Assembly (NCBI GenBank): GCA_045120755.1
Contig: JBGVFC010000072.1
Location: 1-62,056, forward strand
Direction: 5' to 3'
Source of the DNA: Agathobacter sp.
Lineage (GTDB): Bacteria > Bacillota > Clostridia > Lachnospirales > Lachnospiraceae
Length of the DNA: 62,056 bases
Positions 1 through 8,533 of the stretch are shown here, one piece after another (the first letter of the stretch is position 1; every line of letters begins with the position of its first letter). The notes beneath the pieces were generated by a model. It did not search any database. It was given only the letters and a program-made list of their open reading frames with translations, and was not told where the DNA came from. A program made the position numbers and the translations under genes.

Positions 1-1
1 G

Positions 2-859
2 TCCACTGGTGGTAAGGATATCCCTTCTGGTCATTTTCAGGTAATCGTCAATGGTTTCCAGCCAGTCTTTCATATACATAGGCTCCTGATTAAGGGCATG
101 GACTTCGGCAATATCAAGGTATGCAGTAACAATCTTGTTTAGGGCATCCAGTTCCGCTTCCGTTAGATAGTTTTTGGCAACTTCCACATCAGAACGGTGG
201 ATGGTATCACCACTCCATGAGGTAAGTCCCATATTTTCCTTTTCTGCATCAGCACGTTGATAGATTACTTCTGCAGCGGTATGTTTGTGAGCTGCCCAGT
301 GCATTTTGTTCTGAACCTGCTTGAAAAATAGGACAGAAGCTTCAGCGTGGGGATCATAGTCGATACTGGTAGCATAGATTTCAAGCACTTTTCTCCAGAA
401 GACTTTTTCAGAAGAACGGATATCCCTGATACGTGCGAGTAGTTCATCAAAGTAATTACCGCCACCCAATCGTTTTAATCGTTCATCATCTAGAGCAAAT
501 CCTTTTTTCATATATTCCTTTAAAATACCCATAGCCCAGATACGAAACTGTGTACCACGATGGGATTTCACGCGGTAGCCGACGGAGATGATGACATCAA
601 GGTTATAGTAATCAATATATCGTTCTACCTGCCGCTCACCTTCTATTTGAACTGTTGCAAAATTTGCAACAGTTGAATCACGCTGCAATTCGCCTTCTTC
701 ATAAATTTTTTTGATGTGGCGGGATATGGTTGATTTATCACGCTGGAATAGTTCCGCCATCTGGTCAAGCGATAGCCAGACGGTATCCTCGTCAAAGGTT
801 GTCTCTATTTTTGTTAATCCATCCTCGGTTGTGTACATAATTATATTTGAATTGTGCAT
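2..859 (-). CDS. RhuM-family (virulence RhuM / DNA-binding) protein, 3' end beyond window edge
   Basis: Not in the ORF track because it runs off the edge. Hand translation from the ATG at 859 (AGGAG RBS upstream) gives MHNSNIIMYTTEDG...WLSLDQMAELF...YYNLDVIISVGYRVKSHRGTQFRIWA...KGFALDDERLK...YFDELLARIRDIRSSEKVF, the characteristic RhuM motifs. Frame is open to position 2. Confidence 0.9.
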   Translation of the reverse strand, partial: MHNSNIIMYTTEDGLTKIETTFDEDTVWLSLDQMAELFQRDKSTISRHIKKIYEEGELQRDSTVANFATVQIEGERQVERYIDYYNLDVIISVGYRVKSHRGTQFRIWAMGILKEYMKKGFALDDERLKRLGGGNYFDELLARIRDIRSSEKVFWRKVLEIYATSIDYDPHAEASVLFFKQVQNKMHWAAHKHTAAEVIYQRADAEKENMGLTSWSGDTIHRSDVEVAKNYLTEAELDALNKIVTAYLDIAEVHALNQEPMYMKDWLETIDDYLKMTRRDILTTSG

Positions 860-934
860 AGAATTAATTCTCCTTTTTCCAGCCGGTTCTTACATGCAGG
901 ATAGTAATTTTTATAAAGAAAGTATAACATAAAA

Positions 935-948
935 CAAACGCATGTTCT
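935..948 (-). promoter_or_regulatory. Putative LexA (SOS) box overlapping the rhuM promoter
   Basis: Minus strand reads AGAAC-ATGC-GTTTG, matching the Gram-positive GAAC-N4-GTTY box. It overlaps the -35 position 17 bp from a TATACT -10 (921-926). Confidence 0.5.
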
Positions 949-1034
949 ACATTTTTGTAAAAAGTATTAGCGATTTTATAAGAGAGTAAAAATAGTATTC
1001 ACGCACAGCACCATGCATATAATAATAAAGGTAC

Positions 1035-1076
1035 TTGACGTACGGCTTTCTGTACATTACAATAAATGTACAGAAA
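1035..1076 (+). promoter_or_regulatory. yefM-yoeB promoter with TGTACA-core operator palindrome
   Basis: TTGACG(1035)-17bp-TACAAT(1058). Inverted repeat TTTCTGTACATT / AATGTACAGAAA (1047-1076). TGTACA is the known YefM operator core. Confidence 0.8.
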
Positions 1077-1102
1077 ACTGTACTTAAGAAAGGGGCGGTT
1101 AT

Positions 1103-1369
1103 ATGTTAGCAGTTAATTATACAACTCTTCGTGATAATATGAAGTCTTATATGGATAAAGTAACAGATGATTATGAAACCATGATTGTTACCAGAAAAGA
1201 CAACAAAAATGTAGTGATGTTGTCAGAGGAATCTTATAATAATCTTATGGAGAACATTTATGTAATGGGAAACAAAGCCAACTACGACTGGTTGATGGAA
1301 TCAAAAGCACAGTTGGAAAAAGGAAATCTTTCTTCACATAATTTGACTGAGGTTGGAGCGGATGAATAA
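1103..1369 (+). CDS. yefM: Phd/YefM-family antitoxin
   Basis: 88 aa, NYTTLRDNMKSYMDKV...IVTRK...VVMLSEESYN; overlaps the toxin gene. Confidence 0.92.
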   Translation: MLAVNYTTLRDNMKSYMDKVTDDYETMIVTRKDNKNVVMLSEESYNNLMENIYVMGNKANYDWLMESKAQLEKGNLSSHNLTEVGADE

Positions 1370-1625
1370 GATTTTTACGGACAATGGTTGGAAGGATTAT
1401 CTGTATTGGCAGACGGAAGACAGGAAGACACTAAAAAAGGTCAACCAACTCATAGAAGATATTTGCAGAAATGGGAATGAGGGAATTGGAAAGCCGGAAC
1501 CATTAACCGGCAATTTGTCCGGGTTTTGGAGCCGGCGTATTAATGATAAGGATAGGCTGATATATAAGATAGATGAGGGAAATGTGTATATTCTTGCCTG
1601 CCGGTATCATTATAATGAAAAATAA
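1362..1625 (+). CDS. yoeB: Txe/YoeB-family mRNA interferase toxin
   Basis: W.DYLYWQ..D.K, GIGKPEPL, WSRRI...DRLIY and C-terminal RYHY motifs. ATG at 1362 overlaps the yefM end. Confidence 0.93.
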   Translation: MNKIFTDNGWKDYLYWQTEDRKTLKKVNQLIEDICRNGNEGIGKPEPLTGNLSGFWSRRINDKDRLIYKIDEGNVYILACRYHYNEK

Positions 1626-1669
1626 AAAGGTTGCCCCGCAGAAACTTTGAATACCCTTAAAATATGATA

Positions 1670-1723
1670 CAGAGCCGGTAATCGCAATGTAATTCTTGCG
1701 TGTTACCGGCTCTGCATATTTTT
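1670..1723 (+). terminator. Hairpin terminator after yoeB
   Basis: CAGAGCCGGTAA ... TTACCGGCTCTG followed by a T-rich tail. Confidence 0.6.
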
Positions 1724-1889
1724 AGAAGCAAAACAGAAATATTTGTATGGGCAGAAAATCCATGATGCGATATTCATTGATTGAATAGTAAAAATTTGGT
1801 ATAATTGCAACATGGCAAGAGGAGAAAAGCAGTGCTATAACTGTGAATAGTTACAATTTTATTTCAATATTATACGAGGGGGACATCTG

Positions 1890-3104
1890 ATGAGAAAAAA
1901 CGTGCGAATGTTTCTAATGTTAATGTGTATGATGGGTGTTTTGTCTGGTTGTGGACAGGCTTCTGGAGAGGTGGATGATTATGTCACCAATGAGGGATAT
2001 GATTTTGCGGGCAGTACGGTGGAAGCTGACGGAGAAACATCTGCTTCGAAAGGTATTTCTGCAGAGAAGATAAAGGTTGGTGTTTTGTATCTGTCAGATC
2101 CTGCGGAGGGAAGTGGATATTCTTATACACACGATCTTGGCATTGAGAGAATGCAGAGTAATTTGGGATTATCAGATGAACAGATTATCAGAAAGATTGT
2201 AGACGATACAGATGAGGAAGCAACAAAACAGGCAATCGAGGAATGTATTAAGGATGGCTGTAATGTGATTTTTACTACAAGCTGGGGATATATGGAAATC
2301 ACAGCAGAGATGGCAAAAGAGTATCCGGATGTTTATTTCTCGCATGGCACAGGATATATGTCAAATGGAAGTAATTTCAATAATTATTTTGGACGTATTT
2401 ATCAGGCAAGATATTTAAGTGGAATTGTAGCCGGAATGAATACAAAGAGCAATAAGATTGGTTATGTGGCAGCGCAGGATTCTTCCAATTCTGAAGTGAC
2501 GGGAGGCATTGATGCGTTTTCCATTGGAGTACAGTCTGTAAATCCGGATGCCAGGGTATATGTAGTTGTTACGAATAGCTGGTATGATCCGGAAAAAGAA
2601 GAAGAAGCTTCCAGAACATTGCTTGACATGGGATGTGATGTAATGGCACAGCATTGTGATACTCCGTACCCGATGACATTGGCACAGGAGTATGGGGTAT
2701 ATGGAATTGGATACAATTCGGATATGAGTAAGGATGTGCCGGATGCGTGTTTGTGTAGTGTAGTATGGAATTGGAGTGCGTATTATACCAAAGCTGTAAC
2801 TGATGTGATACGAGGCACTTGGGATGGAGAGAATTATTATGGCGGCATGAAAGAAGGTTTGGTAGATATTACGGAACTTGCATCCTTTTGTGCACCGGGC
2901 ACTGAAGAAAAAGTTTCAGAGGCTTCCGAAGCAATTCTAAATGGAACCAATCAGGTATTTGACGGAGAACTTAAGACAAATACAGGAGAAATTATTGGAA
3001 AAGAGGGTGAAACACTGGATGATGCCACCATTACCGGTGGTATTGACTGGTACTATGAAAATGTCATACTGGTAGGGGGAATGGAAGATGAAACTGACAA
3101 TTAA
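1890..3104 (+). CDS. BMP-family (basic membrane protein) substrate-binding lipoprotein
   Basis: Lipobox LSGC; [27 protein letters not shown] and WNW motifs of purine/nucleoside-binding BMP proteins. Confidence 0.9.
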   Translation: MRKNVRMFLMLMCMMGVLSGCGQASGEVDDYVTNEGYDFAGSTVEADGETSASKGISAEKIKVGVLYLSDPAEGSGYSYTHDLGIERMQSNLGLSDEQIIRKIVDDTDEEATKQAIEECIKDGCNVIFTTSWGYMEITAEMAKEYPDVYFSHGTGYMSNGSNFNNYFGRIYQARYLSGIVAGMNTKSNKIGYVAAQDSSNSEVTGGIDAFSIGVQSVNPDARVYVVVTNSWYDPEKEEEASRTLLDMGCDVMAQHCDTPYPMTLAQEYGVYGIGYNSDMSKDVPDACLCSVVWNWSAYYTKAVTDVIRGTWDGENYYGGMKEGLVDITELASFCAPGTEEKVSEASEAILNGTNQVFDGELKTNTGEIIGKEGETLDDATITGGIDWYYENVILVGGMEDETDN

Positions 3105-4794
3105 GAAAAAAATGATATTATGTGCGGTATTGCCAATCAGTATGCTTGGAATGATTATTATTTTGTTGGCGACGACATCGCTTCGCAGTTCAATTATAAG
3201 CCAGGTGGAGATGTCTCTAAGAGGTACGGCTGCAGCTACACTTGCCGCTTATGACCAGAATTCAGGGACTTATTCCATGCAGGATAACGGAGATGTCTGG
3301 AAGGGGGGATATAATATCTCGCTTTCTGATAAGTTGGTAGATAGCATTCGGGAGCAGTCTGGAATGGATGTTACTTTCTTTTATGGTACGCAAAGAATTA
3401 TGACATCCCTAAAAGATGAAAATGGAGAACGTTTGCTGGGAAGTCCTGTCGGAACGACGATACAGAAAAAAGTGCTGGAAGATGGGGAGGAATATTTTAG
3501 TCAGAATGTATCTGTAAATGGAAAGATGTATTTTGGGTATTATATGCCCGTGTACCAAAGTGGAGATGATCAGACTCCAGTAGGAATGGTTTTTGCAGGT
3601 ATAGAGAAGAATAAAACACTTAATAGCGTGTTAAGAACCGTATTTTATATGGTGATTATCGTTGTCGTTATTGCAATTGCTGGTATTGTGGGAAGTGGTT
3701 TACTTTCAAGTGCGATTGCGAAGGCCTTGAATACGGAAATTGCTTGTGTGGAAGAAGTTGCAACCGGTAATCTGAATGTAACAGTCAATGAAAAGCATAA
3801 AAAGCGGCAGGATGAGGTAGGCGATTTATCCAGGGCAATTGAAAGATTATTGACAGATTTGCGCAAGATGATTGGTGATATTAACAGAAGTACTGATATG
3901 TTGATAGAGTCTTCCGACACTTTAGAGCAGGCATCTAAGGAAACTTTTGATGGAATGGATCATGTGATGGAAGCCGTTGCTACAATTACTACAGAGGCCG
4001 CATCACAGGCGTTGGATACGAAGAAGGCATCAGAGAATATTGTAAATATGGGCAATCTGATTACTGAGACAGACGGTGAAGCCGCATTGCTCAATAAAAG
4101 TGCAGATTACATGAGAGAATCCAGTGATAATTCCAGTGGTGCGATTGCAGAATTAAAGAATATCAATGAGGAAGTTACTACTGTGGTGGCTGAGATTTCG
4201 CAACTGGCAAAACAGACAAATGAGTCCGCCCAGTCCATACGAGAGGCGGCTGGATTGATCTCTGATATTGCAGGACAGACGAATCTGTTGTCTCTAAATG
4301 CCAGTATAGAAGCTGCCAGAGCGGGTGAGTTAGGAAAAGGTTTTGCAGTAGTGGCAGGAGAAATCAAGCAGTTAGCAGAACAGTCGGATATAGCTAGTGG
4401 TAATATTGACCAGATTGTAAATACACTATTCCTTAATTCACAATACATGGTGGAAGCGATGCAGAAGATGCAGGAAGTTATGGAACGGCAGAATCAGCGT
4501 ATTATCCATACAGAGGATTCGGTGGGAAAAGTTATACGACAAATTCAGACATCGATTCAGAGCATCCGTGAGATAGAAGGAAAGACACAGAAATTAGAGC
4601 AGATTCGAAAAGAAGTAATCGAGATGATTACCGGATTATCCGATATTGCTGAAAGCAATGTAAACTCTACCAAGGAAACCAGAACGGTAATGGTGGATAT
4701 ATCGGAACATTTCCGGGATGTCAAGCAATCAGCAGAGAATCTTAGAGAAACAGCCGATGTGTTAGAGCAGAATATCAAGCATTTTAAATTGTAA
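3088..4794 (+). CDS. Methyl-accepting chemotaxis protein (Cache-like sensor, HAMP, MA domain)
   Basis: Two TM segments, HAMP (RQDEVGDL) and the signalling hairpin [27 protein letters not shown]. Overlaps the BMP gene by 17 bp. Confidence 0.93.
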   Translation: MKLTIKKKMILCAVLPISMLGMIIILLATTSLRSSIISQVEMSLRGTAAATLAAYDQNSGTYSMQDNGDVWKGGYNISLSDKLVDSIREQSGMDVTFFYGTQRIMTSLKDENGERLLGSPVGTTIQKKVLEDGEEYFSQNVSVNGKMYFGYYMPVYQSGDDQTPVGMVFAGIEKNKTLNSVLRTVFYMVIIVVVIAIAGIVGSGLLSSAIAKALNTEIACVEEVATGNLNVTVNEKHKKRQDEVGDLSRAIERLLTDLRKMIGDINRSTDMLIESSDTLEQASKETFDGMDHVMEAVATITTEAASQALDTKKASENIVNMGNLITETDGEAALLNKSADYMRESSDNSSGAIAELKNINEEVTTVVAEISQLAKQTNESAQSIREAAGLISDIAGQTNLLSLNASIEAARAGELGKGFAVVAGEIKQLAEQSDIASGNIDQIVNTLFLNSQYMVEAMQKMQEVMERQNQRIIHTEDSVGKVIRQIQTSIQSIREIEGKTQKLEQIRKEVIEMITGLSDIAESNVNSTKETRTVMVDISEHFRDVKQSAENLRETADVLEQNIKHFKL

Positions 4795-4828
4795 ATCCAA
4801 CATTGTGTAGAACTGGAACAACGAATAA

Positions 4829-4870
4829 AAATGAGCGATACCCAGCCTTTGAACCGGGTATCGCTCATTT
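4829..4870. terminator. Bidirectional terminator
   Basis: AAATGAGCGATACCC ... GGGTATCGCTCATTT between convergent genes. Confidence 0.8.
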
Positions 4871-4879
4871 CTTTCTTAA

Positions 4880-5905
4880 TTAAATGTGATATTCCATCGG
4901 ATATGTTAAGTAAGAATGTGCATCTAACTGATCACAAGTAACATAACCGGCAGGTGCGGTAAGGAGAGTTGGGATGCGGTTTACAATTGTGGCACAGGTA
5001 TGTTCTACCGTGGCAGGTTTTACTACGTGGAACTCTGTGTTAGGTTCGCCGGATAACCACCAGTCGCACATGTCGCCATCTTCCGGTCCATATACTTTAC
5101 CGATTGTCTCTTCCTCGATGGTAATGCCCTGCATGGTTTCAATGGTAACGACTGCGGACATACCGATACATTTACCGGCTTCGATGGTCTTGCCTAAAGT
5201 TTCGCTATAAATATCACTGTCAATAATATAAGGAACGTGTTCCTGTTTGATGGATTTAATTGTAAGGCCAAGCTTGTTGCACAATGCTTCACTTGCATTC
5301 CATGCATAAGACGGTTCAAATTCTGCAGGATGAGCAATTTCATTTTCAAATTCTTCTTTTGTCAAATCACATCCATGAGCTTTTGCCAGTGCCAAACCGT
5401 ATTCATCTACATTGTAGCTGTATGCGCCTTTGATTTTTGTCAGTTTGTTGCATCCGCTTGCCACCATGGCAACAATATTAATCCAGAAAATATCCTGCAT
5501 GCCGGAACCGGTAATGGTACAGTTGTTTTCTTTTGCCAATTTATCCAGACGGTTAATCTGTGCAGCAGATGTAGTCCAAGGATAGATGGCTTCTTCACAG
5601 GTTGTAATCACATTAATACCGCGAGATACACATTTTTCTACATGATCATAGATATCGCTGATAAAACTGAATAATGTTACGATTGCTACGTCTGCGTCAC
5701 ACTCATCAAGAACTTTATCGGCATCGTTGGAAATTAAAATACCTGTCTTGACACCAAGTCCGGCATAATCCCCCACGTCCATGCCGACAACTTCCGGATT
5801 TACATCAATAGCACCAACAATCTGTGCGCCGTGCTCGTATAGATAGCGCAGAGTGTATTTTGACATTTTACCGCAACCGTACTGAACAACTTTGACTTTC
5901 TCCAT
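4880..5905 (-). CDS. NAD(P)H-dependent amine dehydrogenase / 2,4-diaminopentanoate dehydrogenase (Ord)-like protein
   Basis: N-terminal Rossmann fold (QYGCGKMS), NVITTCEE motif and C-terminal T.ATIVNRIP....APAG. ATG at 5905 follows an AGGGG RBS. Confidence 0.75.
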   Translation of the reverse strand: MEKVKVVQYGCGKMSKYTLRYLYEHGAQIVGAIDVNPEVVGMDVGDYAGLGVKTGILISNDADKVLDECDADVAIVTLFSFISDIYDHVEKCVSRGINVITTCEEAIYPWTTSAAQINRLDKLAKENNCTITGSGMQDIFWINIVAMVASGCNKLTKIKGAYSYNVDEYGLALAKAHGCDLTKEEFENEIAHPAEFEPSYAWNASEALCNKLGLTIKSIKQEHVPYIIDSDIYSETLGKTIEAGKCIGMSAVVTIETMQGITIEEETIGKVYGPEDGDMCDWWLSGEPNTEFHVVKPATVEHTCATIVNRIPTLLTAPAGYVTCDQLDAHSYLTYPMEYHI

Positions 5906-6026
5906 AATAAGTACCCCCTTCTTTTCTTGCCTCACAGGCAGTAGCCCTTCGTTACTTCTTTATTATACCCTCTTTTCTCCATAAGAGTCTAGAAAAATCT
6001 AAAAAACGAAATTGCGGAATCATCTG

Positions 6027-6470
6027 TTATAGATTGTTATAGAAATTAACGGCATCTGATATTTCATCACTGGTTGGGTGGTTTTTGGCAATTCCGCCAA
6101 TCAGCTTAAATGGACCAAAGCTGTCAAAGCCTAAGCAGCCATATTCTCCGAGAATATTGGCATTTTTATCGGCGACCGCTTCTCTGATCGCAGTTGTATA
6201 GCCCTGCTTTTGGGCGCCGCATGTATAGATGAAAAATATATCTTTGTCTTTTGGAAGACATTCTTTGGCAAATGCCAGGACACGCTTGTCGAATTTTGAA
6301 TAGTAAATGCCGGAAGCAAAGCCGATTCTGTCATAACTGCTTAAATCCGCAGAAGAAGTTTCGGTTACATCGATGAGAGTGATTTCATCATCCGATTGTT
6401 TTTGGATGGCATCTAACAATTGTTTTGTATTTTCGTGGTGTTTTGAATAATAAATGATAGCTGTATTCAT
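6027..6470 (-). CDS. Flavodoxin-domain protein
   Basis: IIYYSKHHENT, IGFASGIY and GFDSFGPFKLIGG..K.HP motifs. Confidence 0.85.
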   Translation of the reverse strand: MNTAIIYYSKHHENTKQLLDAIQKQSDDEITLIDVTETSSADLSSYDRIGFASGIYYSKFDKRVLAFAKECLPKDKDIFFIYTCGAQKQGYTTAIREAVADKNANILGEYGCLGFDSFGPFKLIGGIAKNHPTSDEISDAVNFYNNL

Positions 6471-6491
6471 ATGTTTGCTCCTTGATTCTTT

Positions 6492-6512
6492 ATAGTATAT
6501 TTAATATACTAT
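6492..6512. promoter_or_regulatory. Palindromic operator between divergent flavodoxin and HxlR genes
   Basis: ATAGTATATT-T-AATATACTAT, a perfect 10-bp inverted repeat. Confidence 0.55.
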
Positions 6513-6580
6513 GTATTGAAAAAGAGGACAAGTACAAAGAAAATAGATACATAGTACATTGGAAGATACCGGAGGAAGAT

Positions 6581-6940
6581 ATGAAAAAGGAAATGACCGC
6601 AGAGGAATATTTACAAAGAATTATGACGGAACCGGTGAGTGATAATTGCCCGATGAGAAAAACTTTGGAGCTTCTTAGCGGTAAGTGGAGAACGCATATC
6701 ATTTATGAACTCTGCAAAAACAAAACGATGCGCTTTGGTGAACTGAAAAAGGCTTATCCAAGAATCACAAGTACGATGCTGACCAATACTTTGCGGGATT
6801 TGGAAGAGTTAGGAATCGTGCACAGGGAACAATTTAATGAAATTCCCCCACACGTTGAGTATTCATTGACAGAAAAAGGGAAAGCGCTGCTGCCGGTGTT
6901 TTTTGAACTGGCGAAGTGGGGAGAAAACAACCTGCAATAG
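6581..6940 (+). CDS. HxlR-family winged-helix regulator
   Basis: CP...LL.GKW, RFGELK, L..LE..G.V.R and PP.VEYSLT.KG motifs. GGAGG RBS precedes ATG 6581. Confidence 0.9.
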   Translation: MKKEMTAEEYLQRIMTEPVSDNCPMRKTLELLSGKWRTHIIYELCKNKTMRFGELKKAYPRITSTMLTNTLRDLEELGIVHREQFNEIPPHVEYSLTEKGKALLPVFFELAKWGENNLQ

Positions 6941-7032
6941 CAAAACCGCTTCTGAAACGATTGATAATTTCAAGGCTTTATGGTAAAGTGGAGACGAATG
7001 CGAAAGTCTTATAAACAGGAGGTTTTGGGAAT

Positions 7033-7713
7033 ATGGAACAGTACAAGCAGGAATTTATCGAATTTATGGTAGAGAGTGATGTTTTAAAATTTGGAGATTT
7101 TACGCTGAAGAGCGGAAGAAAATCTCCATTTTTTATGAATGCGGGTGCGTATGTGACAGGCTCACAGCTTATGCGCCTCGGTGAATATTATGCGAAGGCA
7201 ATCCATGAGAATTATGGAGATGATTTTGATGTGTTGTTTGGACCGGCCTACAAGGGAATCCCGATTAGTGTTGTGACCGCGGTTGCATATAGCAATTTAT
7301 ACGGAAAAGAAGTCCGTTACTGCTCTGACCGCAAGGAAGAGAAGGACCACGGCGCAGACAAGGGCAGCTTCCTCGGAAGCAGACCGAAGGATGGTGACCG
7401 TGTTGTCATGATTGAGGATGTGACGACTTCCGGCAAATCCATGGAGGAGACTGTTCCGAAGGTGAGAAATGCCGCAGATGTTGAAATCGTTGGACTGATG
7501 GTTTCTTTGAATCGTATGGAGGTTGGTCTCGGCGGCAAAAAGAGCGCTTTGGAAGAGATTCAGGAGACCTACGGTTTTCCTGCAAAGGCAATTGTTACCA
7601 TGGACGAAGTGGTAGAACATTTATATAATCGCGAGTGTCAGGGAAGGGTAGTAATCGATGATACCATCAAGGCAGCAATCGACCAGTATTACGAGCAGTA
7701 TGGCTGCAGATAA
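7033..7713 (+). CDS. pyrE: Orotate phosphoribosyltransferase
   Basis: FGDFTLKSGRKSP, FGPAYKGI, RKEEKDHG and the PRPP motif IEDVTTSG. Confidence 0.96.
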   Translation: MEQYKQEFIEFMVESDVLKFGDFTLKSGRKSPFFMNAGAYVTGSQLMRLGEYYAKAIHENYGDDFDVLFGPAYKGIPISVVTAVAYSNLYGKEVRYCSDRKEEKDHGADKGSFLGSRPKDGDRVVMIEDVTTSGKSMEETVPKVRNAADVEIVGLMVSLNRMEVGLGGKKSALEEIQETYGFPAKAIVTMDEVVEHLYNRECQGRVVIDDTIKAAIDQYYEQYGCR

Positions 7714-8167
7714 AAAGCGCACAAAACCGTTTTTGTGGTTCGTTTTTTTCTTTTATCTGCTGGTGCTGGTATATTTCCTCTTCTTTGCAGAGACGATGGG
7801 AAGAGGGGCGGCGGCGGATTATCATTATAATCTGGTCCCGTTGCAGGAAATCAGGAGATTTTGGAGAATTTTCCGGAATGCAGAGTTTGGCGGAGCACTC
7901 TGGAAGATCAGTGTGTTGAATTTATTTGGCAATGTTCTGGCGTTTGTGCCGCTGGGATATTTTCTTCCCAAGCTGATAGACCGCTGCAGAAATGGCTTTC
8001 TGACAGTGCTTTTGTGTATGGAAATGAGTCTGTGCGCAGAGGTGATTCAGTTATTTTTTAAGCTGGGAAGCTGTGATGTGGACGATCTGCTGCTGAATAC
8101 ACTTGGCGGCCTGTTGGGATTTATCTTATATTGGATTGTAAAGGTGATAGAGGAGAAAAGAGTCTGA
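7700..8167 (+). CDS. VanZ-family membrane protein
   Basis: NLVPL, GNVLAFVPLG and E.IQ....GS.DVDDLLLNTLGG motifs. Confidence 0.88.
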   Translation: MAADKKRTKPFLWFVFFFYLLVLVYFLFFAETMGRGAAADYHYNLVPLQEIRRFWRIFRNAEFGGALWKISVLNLFGNVLAFVPLGYFLPKLIDRCRNGFLTVLLCMEMSLCAEVIQLFFKLGSCDVDDLLLNTLGGLLGFILYWIVKVIEEKRV

Positions 8168-8496
8168 TGTTTTTGAATCGGCGGCGGGATAGTTTTAGAT
8201 TTACGGAGAAGAAACATTCCAAAAAGGGTATTATATCGATGCTCGGCGCGATCGTTCTGGTGCTGCTGTACGCAGTCTTTGTCGGCAGGGCTTACATGAC
8301 GGGCGGAGTGCTGAGCATGTATTACGGCAGTGTGGGGCTTGCAGCCATGCTGTTGTCCGGCGTTACGATGGTATTCTCTATTTTAAGTCTGTTGGAGGAG
8401 AATTCGTACATGCTTTTTCCGAGAATATCACTTGGTGTGTCCATACTGGCGGCTGTATGCTGGACTGGCACATATATTATAGGATTTATGGTATAG
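8167..8496 (+). CDS. Small membrane protein (DUF6142-like)
   Basis: FTEKKHSKKGIIS followed by three TM helices. ATG overlaps the vanZ stop (TGATG). Confidence 0.65.
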   Translation: MFLNRRRDSFRFTEKKHSKKGIISMLGAIVLVLLYAVFVGRAYMTGGVLSMYYGSVGLAAMLLSGVTMVFSILSLLEENSYMLFPRISLGVSILAAVCWTGTYIIGFMV

Positions 8497-8533
8497 TATA
8501 AAAATAAGAATAGCTACAAAATTAAGAGGTAAT

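Noticed and set aside
265-932. Short ORFs 265-465 and 711-932
   Set aside because: Alternate-frame and antisense shadows of the rhuM gene.
948-964. TACATTTTTGTAAAAAG resembling the right end of family-1 elements
   Set aside because: Short, AT-rich, and lacking both the GGGA terminus and a partner arm; may be chance.
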